DNA of 63,972 bases, the filler included, from Octopus bimaculoides (taxonomy: Eukaryota), in NCBI RefSeq assembly GCF_001194135.2. It is 6 parts of 6 records of this genome, joined end to end, with 100 filler letters (N's around TTAATTAATTAA, not from the genome) between each part and the next. Parts side by side here need not be neighbours in the genome. Positions count along the whole stretch, not along the records: positions 16,496 to 40,527 come from NC_068984.1; positions 40,628 to 56,483 come from NC_069003.1; 4 more parts are not named here. The stretch is one strand, 5' to 3'. Below are positions 30,210-41,385 of this stretch, in pieces. Made by a program: the position numbers and the translations under genes. The notes beneath the pieces were generated by a model. The model was given only the letters and a program-made list of their open reading frames with translations, ran no database searches and had not been told where the DNA came from. Positions within the stretch are counted from its first letter, which is position 1; the number at the start of each line of letters is the position of its first letter.

Positions 30210-31975
30210 TTCAAATTTTGGAACAAGGCCAGTTATTTCGTGTAAGGGGGTAAGTTACATACATCGTCCTCAATACTCATATGTAATTTATCGACCCCGA
30301 AAGGGACAAAAGGCAAAGTCGACCCCGGCGATATTTGAACTCATAACGTAAAGTCGGAAGAAATGTCGCTAAGCATTTCGTCCGGCGTGATAATTACTCT
30401 GACAGCTCACCTCGTTAGTTATTTAAAATATTACACATCTTTCGAGAAGGTAGCGTGTGATTTGAGGTCGATTTAGTTGCTATTTCTCGCTGACCTAGAG
30501 GCTACACAGAGGCTTCTTCAATGGCATGTTTAGCAGTATTCTTTTAATCTTTCTGTTAGTAGTTCCTCCGCTGCGGTATGGCCTTGAGGAACACTGCATT
30601 CTAAGACAGGTGACCCACTATATCGACGTCATACGTTTCTATAAGGAAAAGCAAAACCAATCATTCTTTTCTTGTGCTTTGAGTCTTTTAGGAGGGGCAA
30701 AGGAGAGAGAGAGAGAGACGATATTTTCACATTAGAGACCATGTTCGAATGCTCGGAGGCAGCCAAGTATCAGATGTTGGCGTTAAAACGTGCAGTAGAA
30801 TTAACTCATCAGCCATGTAGGCCACACTAGGATTTGATCTTAGAACGCAAGGAGCTTGCGTAAATACAGCAATGTAGCAATTCTGCTCCCCCCCCCCAAT
30901 CCAATTTCATAATCGAATTAAGGTATTCGTGAAACAGGCGATTTGGCTTGGAGGAAAGGTCCGTGCGAATACCAGCAGACGGAGATGAACGAACAACCAT
31001 ATTGGAATATATTTATATGAATAGTTATATAATTATGCATGACATGATCATATCTTTACAGCAATAAAGATATCATTATAATGTTGGGAAAGAGAGTAAA
31101 AGTTACAAAACAGCACTAATTGTACCACGAAAGGACGAAAATTGCACGACGCCGACCAATCCTGCAGAATGCTGGTTGGTTTATTAACAGAATGCTACAA
31201 CAAAAACAAATATGGCGTTCTTCATGACAATAAAATTCAATAACAACTCACGAACTCCAACATGACGCCTTTAATTTCTAAACGCAACAGCAATGAAAAT
31301 AATCCTTTCTTCCATAAGCACAAGGGTCGAATTTTGTGTGTGTGTGTGGTGGTGGTGGTGGGGGGGGGACTACGCGATTACATCGACCCCAGTGTTTCAA
31401 TAGAACTTAATTTATCGACCCAGAAAAGCAAAGTCGACCTCGGCGGAATTTGAACTCTGAACGTAGCAACGGGCAAAATACCGCTAAACATTTCGTCCAA
31501 CGTGTTAACGATTCTGCCAGTTCGCGGCCTTAGCAACAAGGGTAATAATGCTTTTGCAATAGCAACAAAGACTGGAATTTTGATGGGTGGAGATGATTAG
31601 ATCGACCCCTGTGTGTAACTGGTACTTACTTCATAGATTTGGAAAGGTTGAAAGGCAAAGTCGACCTCAGTGGAATTTGAACTCAGAACGTAAAGTCGGA
31701 TGAAATGTCGTTTGGTATTTTGTCCGGTCTGTTAACGATTCTGTACCTTAAATAACTGTTTCAAATTTTGTCTCAAGATCAGACTTTTTAATCGAAGCGG
31801 GTAAATCGATAACATCGACCACACTGAGTGATTGGTACAATAGTTTATCGACGCCCGAAAGGATCAGAAGCAAAGTTGATCACAGCAGAATTTACCTCAG
31901 ACGGTAAAGAGTCGGAACAAATGCCGCTAAGTATTTTGTCAACTGCGATAGATATTCCGCCAGCTTGTCGACTTA
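30210..31975 (-). mobile_element. Cluster of four minus-strand family C SINE copies
   Basis: Copies at about 30210-30415, 31310-31530, 31570-31745 and 31760-31975, each with atcgacccc...aaaggcaaagtcgacc...atttgaactc. Confidence 0.75.
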
Positions 31976-32039
31976 AGATGATGATGAGGACGATGATGAT
32001 GACGATGAGTATGATTTCTTTTCTTGGCCATAGGAGTGT

Positions 32040-32680
32040 AGATGCGGGGTATATCGCAAGTAGTCAACAATTTGTGTGAGGCTTTATATAAAAGATGCGG
32101 AAAAATCAATACAGAAGTCGGTGAAATGAGATGAAGATATTTTTTATTCAAAGAGACCTTTATGTTTTTCACCGACTTTTCGGTTGATTTGTTATTCAAA
32201 GATAATTCATAATGACATGAATGGTGCAGTCCTCCTGATGTAGGAAAAAAACGCCAGCTAGAGCTAATAAAAAAAAACCCTAAAGATTCAAGATTACCCT
32301 GATCAACAAGGTACGAACCATCTGCCAACAGTTGTTGTCCAATCTATAGACGCATGCTTAGAGAAGAGTTATTCACTCTAACCGTTTTTGTCACAGTCTC
32401 GCATTTTTCGCTAATTCTTTGGGAGGGAGCACATCCCTGTACACCCACACTTTTCAACAGGAACATAAAGGAGTTGGTAAGGACCTGACCGAAGAGAAAG
32501 GTGTCTTTCCTTAATTTTTCAGCCTTGTTCAACACAAAACCTCTTCGGTCATACCAACAAGACAGGAACAACACTTGCCCAGCCTTACTAAAGGTGAGTG
32601 GTAGGGCGATCCTGACGACGGATTCGGCCGACATCCGTTCTGTGTAAGATGATAACTGTTCGACAGACCTCCATAAGTCA
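32040..32680 (-). mobile_element. Second Tx1/L1-like ORF2 C-terminal fragment
   Basis: ADLWRSVEQLSS...DTFLFGQVLTNSFMFLLK...TVTKTVRVNNSSLSMRL* parallels the 36900-37070 peptide. Confidence 0.55.
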
Positions 32681-32684
32681 GCGT

Positions 32685-33165
32685 ATTTTGTTTTGGTATA
32701 AAAAATGGACAACAGCAAATATTCTGCTCAAAACTATAGATTTGTTTGTCAGTTGCTTGACCTTGAGCATGTCCCTTGGTGGTTGACGATATGTGCATCT
32801 CTGATCACGAGCAGAAATAGTAGGGGAGCATCATAGCCATGTGTTGAGAGGAATTCTTTGGGGTCTGGATAATTCACCTCTGGAAACATGGGTGTTTCGT
32901 TGAGCATCCTTAAACAACTCTCATTCAAGGACCTTTTGAGCGGGATGAACAACAAGAACCAGAAGAAAATTCAAGCTCGGCTCAACTTGCGAGGTCATGC
33001 ACTGTTTGTCTTGATATGAGATCACCATGTCGCGCACATGTGGCTGTGATGCACGTGCCTGGTGTACCCTTATCTGACGGGTAGTCATGATGGGTATACT
33101 GGGCTTCGTATATTTTACCCCAGTGTCACTTTGGTGGCATGTATTGCTCTCTCACTCAATTATAA
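32685..33165 (+). mobile_element. Family E element, 5'-truncated
   Basis: Colinear homology with about 52005-52490. Confidence 0.7.
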
Positions 33166-33419
33166 TAGAGACTCTTGTTCACTTTTGTCATTTGTTAGAA
33201 AGTTGATTACACTTTCTATAGTTTTACCAAAGTAACCACCTCCTCTTCATGGATGATTTAAAAACTGTTCGCAAAAACAGGGCCTGAAATGGAGAGGCTG
33301 GCTGAGGTTGAGCAAATGTGCAGCAAAGGTATAGGGTGTGGGGGAATGAGATCACAGTCACAGGCTGAAACTCGGCATCTCAAAGTGTGCGGTGCTCACT
33401 TTGAAGCGGGGGGAAAGAG

Positions 33420-34012
33420 CAGATTGTAGGGGCATAAAATTGACAGACGGAGCGAGAATGGAAGACTCAGATGATGATGGGTATAAGTACCTCGGGATCC
33501 TGGAGCTGGACAATATCTTACACAAAGAAATTATAGAAAAGGTCATCTCTGCTTGTTTCAAGCACCTCAAAATTCTTTTGAAATCAAAACTCAGCTCAAA
33601 GGATCTTGTGATTGGCATCAATGTTTGGGCGGTTACTGTAGTCCGCTATAGTGCACCCATCCATAGCGCAGAGAGAGTACAAGCGCAGACACGACAAGGC
33701 AGTCCAAAACCTTCACTGGCAACCATGCTGGAAGAATGAATACGATGTAACGGATGCTTGGTACCAACATACACCGGAAATGGTAATGGACGAAAAGGGG
33801 AAGGCCAAAATCCCCTGGAACTTTGACTTCCAGACAGACAAAGTATTAGAGCACCGATGGCCAGATATTGTAACCTTTAGGAGGAGCAGACAAGTGTCCC
33901 TAATAATCGACGTAACAGTGCCAGGAGATCAACATATCACCATGAAAGAAAGATGGAGACCTGAGAATTGAGATCGCTAACATGTGGCAGCTAAGACGAG
34001 AGTCAAACATAA
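33420..34012 (+). mobile_element. R4/Dong-clade non-LTR retrotransposon fragment (RT thumb and restriction-like endonuclease), frameshifted
   Basis: GYKYLGILELDNILHKE...LLKSKLSSKDLVIGINVWAVTVVRYSA and YKRRHDK...WYQHTP...IPWNFDFQTDKVLEHRWPDIV...LIIDVTVPGD are characteristic R4-clade motifs. Confidence 0.85.
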
Positions 34013-34084
34013 AGGTATACTGAGCTTCGTATAATTGTACCCCAGCGTCACTTTGGAGGTGTGCATTACTCTCTCACTCAACAA

Positions 34085-34146
34085 TAATGATGGTTGTAGT
34101 AGAAGCGATGGTTGCAGTAGTAATAATATTAAAAATATTGACGATG

Positions 34147-34178
<32 letters not shown>

Positions 34179-35070
34179 GATGATGATGATGGTAAAGACG
34201 ATGATGGTGGTGATGTAGTGGTGGTGATGACGATGATGATAGTGGTGTTGGTGGTGCTGGCAGTGATGGTTGTGATGATGATGATTATAATGATGATGAT
34301 GATGACAGTGGTGATAATAATGATGATGATGATGATGAGGATGATGATAATGGTGGTGGTGAAGGTGATGAGTAGTTCTCTCCTCTGTCACAGGTAGGGC
34401 CGCGTCGGATGAAAAGGGCATCACAACAAAGGCCCACAATTTGTGTGTTTGCGTATAATCTGTGTAGGTTACATCAAACCGGACAAAGAGGGGGGGCAGA
34501 AACTAATGTGTTGGGGGGGGGAATAAAATCACAGTCACCATCAGCAGCAGCAACAACTAATTTACAAACACAAAACAACAACCACCACCACCACGACTAC
34601 TACTACTACTACTATAACGTATATTTAAAGCACCAAATACCGTGTGTGCATACGTTCACCGCCATCACCACTACCACCACCATTACCATCACCAGCACCA
34701 CCATCAGCAGCAACACCAGCACCACCTAGCGGCTGTCTGCTATGGTGTCAACATTGTCAATAGACAGAGCAGTTATAAGAACTACTAGAGCTAGCGGCAC
34801 GGTTGGAGTATCACCGTTGTAGACACCACTAATACTACAACCAGGACTATGACACCAGTATCGCTTCTACCCTCAGTACCATTGCTAGGCAACATCATCA
34901 CCATCATCATCATCATCATCATCATCGACACCACCTCTACCATCACCATCATCACCACCATCACCATCAGCATCTTTCTTCATCATCATCATCATCACCG
35001 CCGCAGCCGCCACCACCACCACCACCACATCCATTAGTATCAACCACATGAACGCAGTATTAGTGCCATC
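34085..35070. repeat. Low-complexity (GAT/GGT)n and (CAC/CAT)n tracts
   Basis: Directly visible degenerate trinucleotide repeats. Confidence 0.9.
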
Positions 35071-35813
35071 NNNNNNNNNNNNNNNNNNNNNNNNNNNNNN
35101 NNNNNNNNNNNNNNNNNNNNNNNNNNNNNNNNNNNNNNNNNNNNNNNNNNNNNNNNNNNNNNNNNNNNNNNNNNNNNNNNNNNNNNNNNNNNNNNNNNNN
35201 NNNNNNNNNNNNNNNNNNNNNNNNNNNNNNNNNNNNNNNNNNNNNNNNNNNNNNNNNNNNNNNNNNNNNNNNNNNNNNNNNNNNNNNNNNNNNNNNNNNN
35301 NNNNNNNNNNNNNNNNNNNNNNNNNNNNNNNNNNNNNNNNNNNNNNNNNNNNNNNNNNNNNNNNNNNNNNNNNNNNNNNNNNNNNNNNNNNNNNNNNNNN
35401 NNNNNNNNNNNNNNNNNNNNNNNNNNNNNNNNNNNNNNNNNNNNNNNNNNNNNNNNNNNNNNNNNNNNNNNNNNNNNNNNNCGGCTGTTGAAATAAAAGC
35501 TCACAGTGTATAATTTAGATTTTCTGCAAGCAATCCATTTGCGGTCACGTGTGCTGTGACGTCAATGGTAGGAGAGAAAAAGAGAGAGAGAGAGAGAGAG
35601 AGAAATATAATGAATTAGACTGTTTATGGAGGAGGGGGGGAGGGAAATGTCAGGTGTGTCTGTGTGGAGACATTTTGATGCTGTTCTTGTTTAGTCCCAG
35701 ATCAGCTTCGATTAAACACACTTTCCAACCGTGACCGTCGCCACATTCTACACTGTTATGCCACTACATTTCTTGATATTGCTGATTCTTCTTTTTATTT
35801 TCCAACTTCTCTC

Positions 35814-35862
<49 letters not shown>

Positions 35863-36528
35863 ACAGCAGTGTGTCATTTGTGGAATATTCGACTGCTATT
35901 TCTTGCAAGTCGAGCCACCACACAGAGACCCTCTCCCCTCCACGGTACCTAATTTCATTGAATTGATTAATTCTAGATCAACCCTCCTTCAATAGACTTA
36001 TAATCAAAGACATGCCAACCGTGACCGAGCCATTTGTTTAGCAGTTATGCAAATATTTTGATGTCCGCAGTGTGTAAACTGAGTGAGATTTGACTTGTGT
36101 TTCTAGCATACCTAGAAGCCCACCTACAGGCTTCAATCATTGTACATTAATAGTTCGCTACTGCTACTGCTGCTGCTGCTGGAACGTTTTCCGGGCGGAG
36201 CAGTGGGTTACTTTCCGGTCCACTTAGCTGAACTTACAACAGACACTAACATAGACGGGCAGACGGGCAGGCAAACAGACAGACAGAGAGAAAGACAGAC
36301 AGACAGGCAGGCAGGTTAGGTTAGGTTATTGCTGACACTAATGGTGTGTGAGTGTGTGATGTGATGTGTGTGTGTATGTGTGTGTGTGAGTAACTTATAA
36401 TGCTACAATGGCGGTTAAATAGATCTAGAGATTGGTGTAGTAGTGGAACGCTGTCTACAGAAATGATGGTACAACGTTAAATTGCAAATGTATAATATTG
36501 CTCTCTTGGAAATGAAAATGTAAATAAA

Positions 36529-36606
<78 letters not shown>

Positions 36607-37105
36607 CATTGATTCTGGTTTTATTGGCCACAAGGGCTAAAACAAATTAAAAACATGTAAGGACAAAGACAGGACGAAGGTTACAAAGGGTTTTGTCCGA
36701 AAAGGAGAAAACGTTTGAGTAAACAATGGAAAAACAGGGAAAGATATAACAAATAAAACTTCCAATAGGGGGAGGCGCTTCGAAAGGTTACACGTGGAAA
36801 AACTCATAAAAGCCACGGGAGCCTGGTCTATAAATAAAAGGGGTATAGAGCCCTTTCTCCTTTTATATTACCTTTTTTTTTACAGGTGTATCTTCAGAAT
36901 TAGTCCGTTCATACTGGCCATTCTTCCAACAGTCACCCATCTTTCAACGAATTTGCCATGAGACAGCACTTCCTTCTCTACTCTCATCTTCCTTTTCAAG
37001 TGGAACTTGAAAAAGTTGACGAGGCCTTGGCCAAAGCGGAAAGCGTCTGACTTTAAAGGGGTGTTATCTTAGTTCCCTGGCAGCGAACAACTGACAACGC
37101 TATGC
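36607..37105 (-). mobile_element. Tx1/L1-like LINE 3' end abutting (AAT)n
   Basis: Minus-strand FGQGLVNFFKFHLKRKMRVEKEVLSHGKFVERWVTVGRMASMNGLILKIHL* followed by a 3' UTR ending ccttgtggccaataaaa next to the AAT array. Clade assignment is from recalled similarity. Confidence 0.6.
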
Positions 37106-38249
37106 ATCTCCAGCGTTAGAAGCTGTGCAAAGGCAATAAATTATGATGATGATAATAATAAGAAGAATAGGAATAAGAATAATTTGCTCGAAAAAAAAAC
37201 TTTGTTGGGGACGGCGGTGGGAGTGGAGTATTTTGAATTTGGTACTTGGGTGTTAAGTAACGTGGGAAGAAACCTTGTGAAACCTTTGACAAAAGCTTGC
37301 CGTCTGCTCTCGCAGAATGAACCGGAGCAAGTGAGGTTGGGAGCTGTGAGAAGTAAATTGATGTAATAATGGTAATAACTTTTATTAGCCACGAGGGCCC
37401 AAAATATGGAAGGCAATAACAAAAGACGAGATACAGTACACAAAACAGGTGGGGTTTACATCGCTCAAGGACCAGCGCCGACACGTACATATAATTAGGT
37501 GAGGGGCTACTTCATAAAATGTTTAGCCGTTGTTTTAATATTGTGTAAAAGGAAACAAACACATAAAAAGAAAATCTATACATAAACTTGATTGGTTCGC
37601 GTTTTAGTCACGAAATCCCCTCAGTTTTTGAAAAATCCCCCACAAATTACAAGATAAGGGGGTATGCACCCTAGTATTCAAATCCTGGCAGCAACGCTGT
37701 AACTGGAAGCAGGATAATAATCTAACCCTACACCTTATCACAAGACACGCGGAGGCAAAAGGAAACACCTTTCAATCGGCACTGTCGTTCACGCAATGCT
37801 CTCTCTCTCCCTAGTGTGAAGCTTCCTATCTCGGACATGTGAGCATGCGCACAACAGCCAAACACCGCCTCGCTGGAACTGCGAAGCGCAAGTTCTATAC
37901 AAGGATTTTTGTACATTTCTGTATTTAAGAGATGAGGAATTATATACATTATTTACAATGAAAGGATTTTTGTTTTTTTCTTAAACTAAGGTATGGCTGC
38001 TGACATAAAGCTTAAGGATTATATAATGTACAAGTATAAAGAAATAATTAAAGAAAAACAGGACTCATTATATTGAATGTCATCGATAAAATTGAGTGAA
38101 AATAGTGGGTGCTGCAGTTCCGCAGTTCCTGTACAGGAGCCAACACAGTCAAGGACAGGCACTACAACATTAAAGGATACAACAAAAGGATATATAAATA
38201 GGAATTAGAAAACTAAATAATTTATAAATAGACTCTCTAATATATATAT

Positions 38250-38280
<31 letters not shown>

Positions 38281-38506
38281 GGTTCTTGGCATCTTTTTTG
38301 TCTCGGGAGACAATGGAGCTGCGCATAAAATAATCTAGTCCGTTTTTTACATTTCATGTCCGAATACATCTCCTACTGTGGCTGTGTAGTCTTATCCTGG
38401 ACAAACACTCCCTCTGGCAGGTTTCGCAAATGTACATGTAACGTGTAAATCGTTGGCGATATTTTTTGCCCCCGTCTTCCTTTTCTCTTGGACTTCCCTG
38501 TCTTCT

Positions 38507-38541
38507 GTTACTGAAGACGTGCTTCGCTCGAAACGTAAAAC
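38507..38541 (+). ncRNA. Degenerate hammerhead-like motif in a Penelope-like terminal repeat remnant
   Basis: GTTA CTGAAGA C GTGC TTC GCTC GAAA CGT A AAAC. Core boxes are present with an ACGT palindrome and GUA triplet, but stem I and stem II each carry one mismatch. Confidence 0.4.
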
Positions 38542-39126
38542 CTCCTTTCTTTCCTTCCCTGAGTGTCTGCTAATACTTTGCATGTACAACGTCCTTACGT
38601 TGTTGTTTTTTTCTTGTTTTTGTCTTTCGTTTATTTATTTATTTATCATATATGTACATGCATCTATGACGGGAATCTTTCAGTTTCCGTCTGTCACTCA
38701 CAAGGCTTTGGTCGACCGGAAGCTATAGCAGAAAACACTTGCGCAAAGAACTGCGCAGTGGGACTGAACTTAGAACCCTGTGGTTGAGAAGCAAACTTCT
38801 AACCACACAGCAACAATATTTATCTCTCACCAGATGGAGTACTTTTTTGTTAAATTTTCCATCACGGAGCAGTACCTTATATATAAATATATATATATTT
38901 GTGCGTGTGTGTGTGTATGTGTGTGTGTGTGCGTGTGTGTGTGTGTGTGTGTGTATGTACATGCATGCACATATACAGATATGTATACACCTAGACTGAT
39001 GAGATCTCAGTAACATGAGAAATGACCGTGTCCACTTTATAAATTTAGGAACAGAACTGCATTCACGTTTTTGCCAGGTTTTCAAATTACTTTCTTCCTA
39101 CGCGTCATCATCATCACCATCATCAC

Positions 39127-39170
<44 letters not shown>

Positions 39171-39975
39171 GCGACAACAACAACTATCAGCCACAGAATT
39201 ATATCTAAACGTAAAAAGTAAAAAGCGAATAACCAAAAATGCGGTGAAACAATGGAAGATATACAAATATTTAGTGTTGGAATCGTTTACTAAATTGGAA
39301 AGAGAACCGTATTAATTGTAACGTTAGCTCCGTAACTAAGAAAACCACCATTTCGCCATTTGGGTCAAATGAATAACTGGACTAAGAAAAAGGAGGAGTA
39401 GATAAGAAAGAGTGACACAAGATAGCGCATCTTCGCATGATGAATTGAACTAGGAAAGTGCGAGGAAGCCGATAACATATCTCATATTATTAAAGAAGCA
39501 GATTTCACATAAACAAGTCTTCATAAAATGTATTGAAAGAGGTCTTGGATAATATAGCAAGATACTGTGAGCAGGGCATGTACTACACCGACAAGAGCAG
39601 ATGAGAAGCTACTGAGATCGACAAATGCAATTCAAACTCTTTCGGCCATTTCATTGATGCATTCACAGTCACCCAACGTACCTGGACGAGAATTCATCGC
39701 CTTCAAAATAGAAAACAATGAAAGAAACATTCTCTGACCTTGCGAAAAGCCGCCTAGTTGGATGAAAATCCGTTATAGACAATTGAAGTATTATTAAATT
39801 ACAATATCGTGAAGTATTTTTGTCACCTAAATGTAGCTAACCCTTAAGGGTTGACGCTACTCTAGCTTGTAGCCCCAGGAAGTCATCTCCTCCAGCTGGC
39901 TATTGACACACTTTCTGTGTCCTATCAGTATTTGCAAAGGGAAGTCATCGTTCCCCTCTCCAGCCTGACGTGATA

Positions 39976-40020
39976 CACACGGACCCGAGTTTCTGGGTAT
40001 TGACCCGTCATCAGCGTGTG
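39976..40020 (-). ncRNA. Candidate minimal type I hammerhead ribozyme with variant core
   Basis: Minus-strand RNA: CACACG CUGAUGA C GGGU CAAU ACCC A GAAA CUCGG GUC^ CGUGUG. It has a perfect 6-bp stem I, a 4-bp stem II, a near-palindromic ACUCGGGU stem III region and a GUC triplet. Confidence 0.72.
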
Positions 40021-40146
40021 ACAACCACTGGTTGGCAATGGAAGGTGGTTCTCAATGCAAATATATATACTTTTTCCAGTGACGAAAAGTCACTGATCTC
40101 GAAAAAGTGGAAGCAAGCAATAATAAATCTCTGAGCGGGGTATAAG

Positions 40147-40222
40147 CAGTAGCTACACAACATCGTGAAGTACATTTTCCACCTAGGTGGCAAATATACT
40201 TCACGATGTCGTGCAGCTACTG
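40147..40222. repeat. 76-nt imperfect palindrome
   Basis: cagtagctacacaacatcgtgaagtacattttccacctaggtggcaaatatacttcacgatgtcgtgcagctactg. Confidence 0.85.
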
Positions 40223-40527
40223 TTAATACCTCGCTCAGAGATTTATCATAAAATTACAATAGCTATCTCTATATTGTAGAAAATGTTGATCGGTCGATTG
40301 CTGCTGAAATGCACTTGGCATTCTCGGTGGTCACTGTAGTAGCGGCTTTTCGTCTCCTTCTGATATTTATTGTGTTTTTAACACAGCACGGCCTTAAGAT
40401 AATGTAATCTCAAGACAAATAGATTGTAACTGGCCTAACAATGGTGTATCTACACTGAGGCAGTTTATTTAATTCTGTATCAACTGCGTATACAAGATAT
40501 ACATGCATATATATATATATATATATA

Positions 40528-40627
40528 NNNNNNNNNNNNNNNNNNNNNNNNNNNNNNNNNNNNNNNNNNNNTTAATTAATTAANNNNNNNNNNNNNNNNN
40601 NNNNNNNNNNNNNNNNNNNNNNNNNNN
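40528..40627. other. Artificial scaffold linker
   Basis: N44-TTAATTAATTAA-N44. Confidence 0.95.
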
Positions 40628-41385
40628 ATAAACTGGTATGAAAAATAAGGATGCATGAGAGTTGAGAGTTTTGTTAGGTTTTTTATATATTATTGTTTTA
40701 TATATTATTTTCTTCATTTTGTACTTCTTTGTAAAAAAACATTTTCATTCTCCTTCTTCTTGATAATTTGCTTTTCGCAATGAAAACCCGTTAGAAGAAA
40801 TCTTTATTAAAATATGCTTCTAGTTCAGCATTCTGGCTTTTTTTTTCATTTTCCTATATATATATATATATATAGATATATACACACACATACACACACA
40901 TTCATACACACACATACGTTATGTACGTCATTATTCAGTTTAATTTCAAAATTTCTTACCAATAGAGAAAGAACCGGTTTCTAACCTAGCTTCAGGCTCC
41001 TTCATTAGAATTTCAACATCAACAACAGGGTATGTATGTATGTATGTATGTATGGATGTATGTATGTATGTATGTATGTATATCCTTATTTTTCAGTAAA
41101 CATTTCGTGTTCTGACGTAAGTAAAAATTCATACGTTCTCCATTAAATGTGGATCACTTAAGGATTGTCTCTGGAAAGTTGGAACGGAAGTGTTTGTTAA
41201 TCTTTTTACATACACACACACGCACGCACACACACGCATACATATATACATACGTACATACACACACACCTATACATACATACATNNNNNNNNNNNNNNN
41301 NNNNNNNNNNNNNNNNNNNNNNNNNNNNNNNNNNNNNNNNNNNNNNNNNNNNNNNNNNNNNNNNNNNNNNNNNNNNNNNNNNNNN

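Larger units (their letters stand above)
39801..40222 (-). mobile_element. Related hammerhead-bearing unit of about 356 bp
   Basis: A 34-nt segment recurs at 39801 and 40157 (26/34 identical, offset 356). The internal segment tagccccaggaa...ctgtgtcc near 39870-39921 resembles 47650-47700 and 56985-57033. Confidence 0.45.
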
